A stretch of 64,000 nt of DNA, from assembly GCA_965112155.1 (NCBI GenBank), contig OZ218106.1, one strand, 5' to 3'. The DNA is from Podarcis liolepis. Lineage: Eukaryota. Shown in pieces: positions 48,760 through 57,900 of this stretch; within the stretch, counting starts at the first letter, position 1, and the number at the start of each line of letters is the position of its first letter. The translations under genes and the position numbers were made by a program. The notes below the pieces were generated by a model. That model did no database searches, had not been told where the DNA came from, and worked only from the letters and a program-made list of their open reading frames with translations.

Positions 48760-51750
48760 ATGGAGGCGCCCCGGGAAGACGCCCTGCAGAGTGAGTGGCC
48801 CTGGGCGGGCGGGCGGGGGGAGGAGAAGCGCGCTCCCGCGCCGGGTCCCTTGAGGGGCCAGACTGGGGTAGGGGCTCTGGGACTCCCCCCCCCCAGCAGC
48901 TGCAGCAGCAGCAGCAGCATCCCCCAGGCGGTGGGGGGATCCAGTTCGGTCCCTCTAACTGCGACTTCCTGCCTGCCTGCCCGCTTCCTAGGCTCCTGGG
49001 TGGAGGTGCCCCCACTTGACCTGGAGGAGCCCCCTACGCCGGCCTGTGCGCCCCACCGCGACATGGAACGGATCCTGCTGGAAGCGCAGCTGGAGGTGGA
49101 GCCGCCGCGGGCCGAGGGGTAGGTGGTCGTGGGCGGGTGACTCCTACGTGGGCAGCGGGGTCGGCGGAACTCCTTGCAACTGGCTGTGAGCGCAGCAGGC
49201 GAAAGGGAGGCTCTGCGGTGGACAAGCGAGCGGCGGCGGCTACCTCCGAAGGGCCGGGAAGCGACGACACCGGGGGGCGGCGGGAGACCAAGCTGGGACT
49301 GCCGGGTCTCGGGTGAGGGGACGGCAGATCAGCCCCTCGGAGTCAGACAGGCGCTACTGGGCATCCCTGGCTCTTCGCCCCTTCCTTGACCCCTGCTCAG
49401 GGCTGCGTACCCAGGGGGCGGCCCACTGCCTGGGGGAGGCCAGCTCTTCCTTCCAAGTCCTCCCGTGAGCCTGACTCGACTCCCCCCCCCCCCGCTATGG
49501 GGCTGCATGTGGGGCTCCTTAGGCTTTCACTGGAGTTGGCATAACTGCGCTCCTAAGCAAATTCCGGTCAGCTCCCGGAATTTAATGCTAGGTAATTATT
49601 GCACAGATGTTCCCTCAGGACTCGCGGTTCTGTTCCCTTCCCTTTGGGGATGCTCTGAAACGTCAAAGTTTGAACCAAATCGCCTCTCCTCTTTGAGATT
49701 TGTATTTCTGAACTTCTCACTGAGAAATTGGAACGTCTGGCTGATTTTCTTTGGGCTCCACCTTGCCACACGAACCTGAGGATGTGAACCCCACATCCTG
49801 ACATTATAAATGCACCAGAGCTGGAAGAATCATGGAATCACAGAATTGTAGAGTTAGAAGGGACCTCCAAGGCCCATCTAGTCCAACCCCCTGAAATGCA
49901 GGAACTCAACAACATGACAGACGCCATCCAATCTCCAAGGAAGGAGACTCCACCGCCTCCCTAGAGAGTCTGTTCCACTGTCAGTTACAGATAGGTAGCC
50001 GTGTTGGTCTGCCATAGTCAAAATAAAAAAAATTCCTTCCAGTAGCACCTCAAAGACCAACTAAGTTAGTTCTTGGTATGAGCTTTTGTGTGCATGCACA
50101 CTTCTTCAGATACACATGTTCCACTGTCCGACAGCTCAGAAAGTTCTTCCTGGGGTTTAGTCACAGGGAGCCTTTGCTGTGTGGGCTCTGGCTTCTACAG
50201 CTGCTCCCCCAGAAAGACCGGCCTGGGAGTGGCCACCAGACGTCTTCCAGGGACTGCCACAGTCAGGACACACAACAGCCCCTGCAAGGATGACCTGGGC
50301 TTCTTCTGTGGGGGGCAAGTCGGCTCCCTTCTCCTGTCTGAGGCAGGGCTCCATTGGCCGGCCTCTTCACCTGCCCAGGAGGCTCCTGCCTTCTGAAGGC
50401 TCACCTGAGCATCCTCACGGGCTGTGGACAGGTCTTGCCTGGTAGAGATTTAGGTCCAGTGAGGGCATCAGCCTCTAAAGGGCTTCACAGCAGCTTCTGA
50501 GCATGCTCACAAACAGCATGGCAGCGAAATCTCTCTTGTGCATGAACACACGGACAGCGAGAGCAATTTCTCACCAGCAGATTCCATTTCTTGTGTTTCC
50601 AGCTCCTTCCTTGCACTGAAGGCGCCTGGTGTGGAGGACCTGAGCCCAGGGCAGGTGAGTGTCAACGCTGAGGTGTGCAAAGGAGCCACCTGGGCCATGG
50701 GCTGTGGTCTTGTAGCCTCAGATTGAGAAGGCGCCAACCAAACTGGGGTCTTGAAAGGTTTCATCTCAGGGGTCATTGTGGTGACTGACCCATGAAGCAC
50801 CTCAAGTTCCATAGACAGGTGTGTTCACACCCACCCACAAGACATGCCCAGATGGTTGCCCAGGTGATATGCCCCCCTTCATCCTTAAAAAAAATTATGG
50901 GATGCTGCACTTTCTCTTTGCAGAGGGAAGACGCTGAAGGGTCTGCCCAGCTGGGGACCCTGCCCTGGTCGTGGCCCAGCCCCCCTGAGCACCAAAAGTA
51001 AGGATGGCTCTTCACTGGCTTTCCCCGGGGGTCCTGGCTTCAGGCAGCCCCCCCCCCAAGACTCTGGCCCCACTGCTTGCTCCACTTTGGACTGACTGTC
51101 TGTCTGTCTCTCTGCAGGGAGCTGGCCTGCCTGCCCCCTGCGTGTGCCCCCCTGCTCAGCCCAGTTCTACACAGGAGGAGGGGGTTGCGGGACCCCCAGC
51201 TGCTGCTTCTGGTCATCCCCTCTCTGCTGCTCAGCCACGTCTTGGCCTTTGGCCTTGGGTGAGTGGGGGGGGGCAACGAACCAGGCACAGTTAGCGCCTG
51301 TCTCACACACAGCAGTGGCCCATCAGCTGAGGAGAAATGGGATCGTGGCAAAACATGGGGACGGGGGTTGATTTTTCTCTCCCTTTACGGAAACACCCTT
51401 AATTCTGCCCAGTGCAGCCAGCCCCCTATAGTGCCTGTCTCCTACCCCCTCCCCTCCAAAACGTCTTGAGACCTGCGGTGAAGTCTCTGAGCACCTGGCT
51501 GGCTGCTGCAGAAGCGGATGCTGGATTAGATGGGTCTCCTCTGGCCTGATCCAGCAGCCTCCTCTCATGTTCTTCTGCTGCTCAGAGCCTTCCCTTGCCT
51601 CTCCCACTTGCCTGGAGGAGCGTAGCAAGAGAGGGGGCTTCTGGCCTGGCCTCTCCTGACCAAGCCCCTCACTCACTGCCCTCTTCCTCTCCTCTCTCCA
51701 GCATTTGCATTGGGAAGCGTCTGGCTGCCTCTCCATCAAGCAGCCTGTGA
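48760..51750 (+). CDS. BNIP3/BNIP3L(NIX)-family paralogue (possibly bnip4-like), 6 exons, 157 aa
   Basis: Exons 48760-48790, 48992-49118, 50603-50654, 50924-50997, 51118-51258, 51702-51750; all GT-AG, phases 1,2,0,2,2, 474 nt in total. Protein: MEAPREDALQSSWVEVPP...DMERILLEAQLE...PWSWPSPPEHQK...VIPSLLLSHVLAFGLGICIGKRLAASPSSSL. This matches BNIP3 SWVEL, DMEKILLDAQHE and [21 protein letters not shown]. Confidence 0.9.
49983..50116 (-). mobile_element. Short Penelope-like element with a minimal hammerhead motif, inserted into a CR1 remnant
   Basis: Perfect 12-bp direct repeat TGTTCCACTGTC at 49971-49982 and 50117-50128; hammerhead-like motif at 50076-50113 (-). Confidence 0.75.
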
Positions 51751-52206
51751 GAAGCCACGAGGGGCCTCCTGGGACACCCCACCCCAGCTCCCCACCAAAC
51801 TGCTGCACGGCCTCATCTTGCCCAAGACCACCTGAGAAGCAGTGCAGAGCCCCTCACCCACCCACTTCCGTGTACACAACCTTCCTTGCCTCCGCTGTGG
51901 GGCCCAGCCTTCATAAAGAGTGTCATGGACTTAGCCCCAAAGCCCCCTCTCCACTTTCCCTGCTGCAGTGGGGCAGAGGGGATTGGGTTGCTGGACTCCA
52001 GTGGCGGCGGCAGCAGCTCCCTTCCTCCCCCTCCTCTCCTGTGGGCCCTGCTAGCAGCTGGGAGTTAGAGCCTGGACACATCTGGAAGGCCACATCTGGA
52101 GGTTGCGCTACCCCCCCCCCACATGCCAATCCAAGGAGCTTTGGAAAGACAATCTGCAGCAAAGCATGGCAGCTGATCTACTGGAACATGCCGTTGCTTC
52201 ATTCAA

Positions 52207-52212
52207 AATAAA
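52207..52212 (+). terminator. Poly(A) signal of the BNIP3-like gene
   Basis: AATAAA ~460 nt after the stop, followed by U-rich sequence. Confidence 0.6.
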
Positions 52213-53460
52213 TCCTGTTTTTCAAAATCCTAAAAAAGTCTACCAGGCATTTATTTTTAATGTATGGGGGAGAGTAGTTGCGCTTTGGGTGTGGAGTGAG
52301 GGGCACCATGTCCTGGCAATGCCATGGGGTAAGAAGCCCCCTCAAATATGTTATTGGTGGAGCCAAAGGGACTTCAGACCCTAGGAGTTGGCTCCTGTGC
52401 ACCCGTAGAAGCGTGGGCTGCCTTGGATTGAGGCCTCCTCCGTCGCTGGGGGGAGCTGCTGCTCTCAGCCTGGCTGGGGGCACCTCTCTTTTCTCCAGTC
52501 CCTGGCTGGACCCCACACTGCTCTTATTTTTGTCTATTTAGTTTTCAAAAGTTTACATACTTTAACATCTAATTTATCCAGTGTTTGTTTTCTGGGGGGA
52601 CGCAGGGGTACGATTTGAACTATAAAATTGTGATTTTCTTGAGTCAAAATGAGAGTACCCCTCAACATTTTTTTTATAGAAAAAAAGCATTTATTCACTG
52701 ACTTCCCCTTCCCCTTCCATGATGTTCTATATTCAACTTTTAACACTCCATATGGAGCCCGCACTTCTCCTCGCCACCAGCAGAGGGTGCTGCAGACCAG
52801 CATTTGGCCTTCTCCTGGCGCCTCCATGCTGGTCTGCAAGCCAAGGTTTCCTAATCCTGACCTTGTTGCACAAGGCAAAACCAAGGGAAGGTTCCACTTG
52901 CCTCGGTGAGCCCAGCATAGCCCACTCTGACCGGCAGCTCCTCCCTTCCTTGGTCTTGCAACTAGAGCTGCTTATCTGGACATGCATCCTTGGAAGCTGA
53001 AATCATAGCCAGAGATTTGGAACAGGCAGAAGAATGGACTTCACACAGCCCCTCGATAGACCTGTGGAACTCACTGCCACAAGAGGGGAAAGCCCACTTG
53101 GATGGCTTTAAACGAGGTTGTGGAAAAGGCGGCTAGGAATGGTCACTAGCTACAATGGCCGTATCCTGCTTCCAGAATCAGAGGCAGAGGCCTCTCAATA
53201 CCAGTTGCTGGGAATCACAAGGAATCAGAGTTTGACTCTTGAGCTTTGGTCCTGCTTGTGGACTTCTTCCCATTGGCTGGCCACTGGCCTCATCCAGCCG
53301 GCTCTTCCTGTGCTCCGATTACTGGGCGCCCCCCAGCACCTTCCATAGCCCCCCCTCTGGGACCGCGGGGGCTGACAGCCTCCCTGGCAAGCAGCTCAGT
53401 CTCTTCCTCACTGGATCCCTCCATGGGGGGCAAAGGGGCAGGCAGGACGCAAGCTCCCTT

Positions 53461-53484
53461 TGCTGCTGCTGCTGCTGCTGCTGC
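53461..53484. repeat. (CTG)n trinucleotide tract
   Basis: About 7-8 TGC units seen directly. Confidence 0.9.
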
Positions 53485-54668
53485 AGCCACTGCCTGGGAA
53501 AGGCCCAGGCCCCTGAGATGCCCATGGGGGATGCCAAGCCAGAGGTCAGAAGCCCACGTGGGCCGCGTTCCCTGCCAAGCCCAGGCCAAGCCAAGAGCTC
53601 CAGCAGCCTCACTCTGTTGGGCAAGGAAGAAGTTGGAGGTTCGCGCTCACCCTGAGGGCCTTGCGGGTGCAGAAAGGGACCCTCCCCGATCAAGACTGGC
53701 CATGGCAGATGAGGGCAAGGGGGTTGCCCCCTCCCCTTTAGTTCCTCGGGGCCACCAGAAAGTGTCTCCTCACCCAGGCACTTGCCTCTGGCCCACAGAA
53801 GGACTTGATCCTCGGGCCTATCAACTTCACTGGGTGACGACACCCCATTTTTTTCTAGCAGATGAGACAGAAGGGGAGGAATCTCCCCACTCCAGCTACA
53901 ATTTTAAAAACTGCTGGTTAAATTCCCATGTGGGTCTTTGATTTTACACACTTTGCATCAGTTGTGGCCAAAATATTTCAGAGCTTGAAACAATAAACCC
54001 AAATGTGGGGGGGGTCACTTCCCCAACAGTCAGTATCCTATAATAGAGATCATTGGTTGAACTTTACTGGTGCCCCAATCCGGGTCCTGCGGTGCCCCCT
54101 CCTCTGCCAGGGGACTTGGAACAGCAGCATAGCTAGCCACTCGGGTGGTGGGCACGCCCTGCAGCCAGGGGCAGAGCAGGCCGCCCACGGGGATGGGGCG
54201 AGCTAAGACGGGGCGCGCTGCGCGAACCCTCTCCACAGCCTCCTCTCAACTGTAGGCTGGCTGAGGCGGTGGGCAAACGCAAGCCCTCGAAAAAGCAGCG
54301 TGGAGCTTGCAGGCAGTCCGCCCGCCGCCTCGCCCTCAGGAGAGACGCGTGGCTCAGGCAGGCTGCAGGCCCCCTGGTGTGGCGCCCAGTGCCCCCCACC
54401 TCACCCAGCTATCTGGGCTTCTGCAGTGGCGTAGGAAAGGGCGTGTGGTGGGTGCGGGAGTTATTTTTTGTCACCCCCCTCAGTGATGACACCCGGGGCG
54501 GACCACACCCCCTGCACCCCCCTTCCTAAGCCACAGACTAGGAAGTTACATTGCTGCCAGGGGTGGGGAGGGGCTTGTCCTGATTCTGGGATAAAGCAGC
54601 CTTCCCCCCCCCCCCCCGAAGAAAGACTCTGAAGGAGAAGCAGTTTGAAAACAGGCGCCTCGCAGGAG

Positions 54669-54674
54669 TTTATT
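54669..54674 (-). terminator. Poly(A) signal of the INSYN2-like gene
   Basis: TTTATT on + ~245 nt beyond the stop at 54919. Confidence 0.6.
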
Positions 54675-54918
54675 GAGACCTCCTCAATACAGTGTGTGTC
54701 TTCCCTTCTCTCCTGCCATCTTCATCGAGGGTGGGGGGCTCTGCAAGTTAAACTGGACAGATTTGAACAATAAAAAGGCTGGTGCAATCCCTCCACTCTG
54801 TGGCTCTGTGGCAGGTTGACTGGTGTGGACTGATGGGGGGAGGCAGCCCCCTCACCCCATGGCTCCTTTTCCTCTCCTTGGGGAGGGAGACCCCCGGACC
54901 CTTCTGAGCACGGCACCA

Positions 54919-57900
54919 TCACAGGAACCAGAAACACTTTCGCCGGGACTTCTTGGGCTCCGCTTTCACCACGGGCAGATTCAGCGCTGGCGACGGCTCC
55001 TGGTGGCTCGGCGTGGCAGCTCGCGTGGCCACCGGGGGGCTGTGGCTCAGCTCAGGCTCAATGGTGCTCAGCACCTGCTGCAAACGCCCCTCCTGCTCCC
55101 GGAAATCATGTTCCACGCTGTGGGGAGGCGGGGAGCAAGTCAGAGGGAGGCGTCTCCCAAGGAACCCCACTCAGCCAACGCTAGTGATTGGGGGCAGAGA
55201 TGGGGGTCTGGCTGGGCTGCCCCCATCCCTCCTGGGGGGCCGTGGGAGCTGGTGCAGAGGAGGCAGGTCAGCTGGCAGGAGCCTGGGGAGGCCGCCAATG
55301 GGAGCCCGCCTGCCTCCGCCGACCCTGGCATGTCTCACCCGTCGCCGCAGCGGCAGAGACAGACCCGTCAATCCCAATTAGCACTGAGGCCTTGTGCGAA
55401 CCACACAGGCAGGAGGCCAGAAGGAGCCGGCGGGCGGGCGGGCAGGGAGGGAGAGGAAGGGGGCCCAGTCCTGCCAGGGAGGCTCTGCACAGCCAGCCAG
55501 CCAGACCCCCACCCCCGAAACAGCCTCCGAAGGTCAATGGAAACGTGGGGGGGGGGGGGGACAGACCCAGAGAAAAGGCTCCAAGGAGCAGAGGCTGCCG
55601 GTCTCTCCTTCCTTGGAGGTTTTTAAGCAGAGGTCGGGAGGCCGTCTGCCAGGGATGCTTGCGGGGGGCTGGTCTAGAAGACCCTCAGGGGTCCCTTCCA
55701 ACTCTGCAAGTCTAGGATTCTTTGGTCTGTGGAAGATGTCTTCCTTGTGCCAAACAGCCAGGGCTGGGAGCAAGAGCCCTCTAGGACTCTGATTCTATGG
55801 AACCCAGAGCTCAGCCCCCCTCTGCCCCCGGCAAGGAACTGGCAGAGACACCCGCCTCTCCCTGGGCATGGAGGCCCTTTCACCATCCTGGCTCACAGCC
55901 CTCCTCTAACCCCTCCTTAACAAATGGTCCAGTAGCACCTTAGAGACCAAGTCGGTTTGTTCTGGACAGAAGCTTCTGTGTGCATTCACACTTCTTCAGG
56001 TAGTAGAAAACTTAGACCCAGGACAAACTGAGTTGGTCTCGAAGGTGCTACTGGACAATTCTTTAATTTTTTAATTTATTTTGACTGTGTCAGACCAACA
56101 TGGTTACCTACCCTCCTTAACACCCGCTGAAGCAAGGGGCACCATAGATAGATTGGTGCCCAGGGCTGGGGGGGGGGGCATCCTGGCATCCCTCCCCAGC
56201 TTCAAGGCAGTGGGAGTCATTGGCTGACTCAGAGTCCCAGGACTAAAGCGAGGGAGGGGCAGGGCCAGAGACGCAGCCTCCGTTCTCGTGCCACTGCAGG
56301 GACTCTGTCCTCCTGAGAATCTCCGGCAGGAGGAGACAGGCTGTGGCGGCCTGTCATTCTTCACAGGCATCCTTCATATCACATCTGCAGAAATGCTTGC
56401 CTCCGCTTCCCTCAAGAACTTGATTGGGGCAGGCGGGGGGGCAGGCAGGCATGGGAGCCCTTGCCAGCTCCCTTGGGACTTCTCCAGCACCCAAGACCTC
56501 TGGCAGCCCCCAGGGCACCCTGAACCCAGCCCACCAGCATCCGGCGGGCCACTGCGAGAGCACGATGATGGACTAGGTGGTTCACTGGCCTGATCCAACA
56601 GCCAGACTCTTCTTGTGCCACCCAACTCTATGAATGTATGAAATGTCAGTGTCAAGAACACTGAATCATAGAATTGGGAGTTGGAGGGAGGGGACCTCAG
56701 GGGTCATCTAGTCCAGCCCCCTGCAATGCAGGAATCTCGGCTAAAGCATGCAAGACAGGGGGCCATCCAAGCAAGGGCCCAGGTGTCTCTCAGCCGGACT
56801 TGGGGGGCAGCCTCATCGTCTGCCCCTGTATCTGGTGTTCAGAGGCAGAACACAGCCAATGGGGCTGGTAGCCATTTGCGGCTGTCAGCTCCATGGGTCA
56901 GGACCCTGTGGGGCTGCCCCAGCCTTGCAGTCGTTTCTGGGATATGGTCCAAGCTCCCCACAGGCCCTGCAGAGTCTGCTTCTGCCCCATTGCACCCCCA
57001 TCAAAATCCACTGCCCCTGCAGTGCCAGGGAGCCCCAGGATCAGGCCCAGGGCTCCCTTAGTCCAGCCTCCTGTTCTCCCAGTGACCAGCCACAAGCAGG
57101 ATCCGGGCTCAAGAGCAGCCCTTCCTCCTCCCGCAACTGGCCCTCTGAAGCCTGGCCACCTCCAGCTCTTCAGCCAGAGCCCAAAGCAGAGGCCAAAGCA
57201 GGGAAGGGGCTCTGCTGGAGAAGTGGGTGGTCTGGGGGGGGGGGGGAGAAGGCGAGAGGAAAATCTGCTGGGCAGGGAGGAGAGTGGCTGCCTGAGACCC
57301 AGCAGGACCCCCAGACTGGAAAGCAGCCAAAAGACGAAGGAGCTGGGTGGGCTTAGCCTAAAAGTGGGTTGATGGAGGTGGGGAGATGCTGGCCCTTTGG
57401 GGAGGGGGTCCTCTTCACCCCAGGCCAACGATAGAGCCTTCCCCTCTCTCCAGAGTCCCCTTAGCAGAGTCCCCTTAGCAGAAAGGGGGACCTCCTCAGC
57501 AGAAAACGCAGGATCATCACCTCCATCATACTGAAGAGGCGTACATTTTATGTTGATGTGAAATGTGGAGGTCAGGAGCCGATGTCTGGGCTGCCAGTGG
57601 ATCTGTGGCCGGCAGCCGAGAGCAGACGAGGTGGGGGAAGCCAGGGGGCACCCCCACCCCACCCCCGCTCCCAGGCCCCTCCTACCTGTAGATGATGCAG
57701 GCGCAGTCCCGGCACGTCCCGCAGTTGGTGGTGTCCTGCCCTGTCCGGTAGGACTGCCGCCTGAAACAGAGCAGAAGGAGCCCATGAGCAGAAGGCCCAG
57801 AAGCCGCCTCCCTGCCTGGTCCCAGGGGCCCCCTTTGGTGCCGGGGGGCACAAGCAGCAATGCCCAGAGGGCATCTGGTCAAGCAGCAGGGACCAGGGGG

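Noticed and set aside
53239-54530. Possible extra gene between the BNIP3-like and INSYN2-like genes (poly-Cys/Ala/Gln ORFs, small CpG patch, a minus-strand donor near 53650)
   Set aside because: The homopolymers derive from a CTG tract, and I could not build a coherent spliced ORF or recognise a family. A lncRNA is not excluded.
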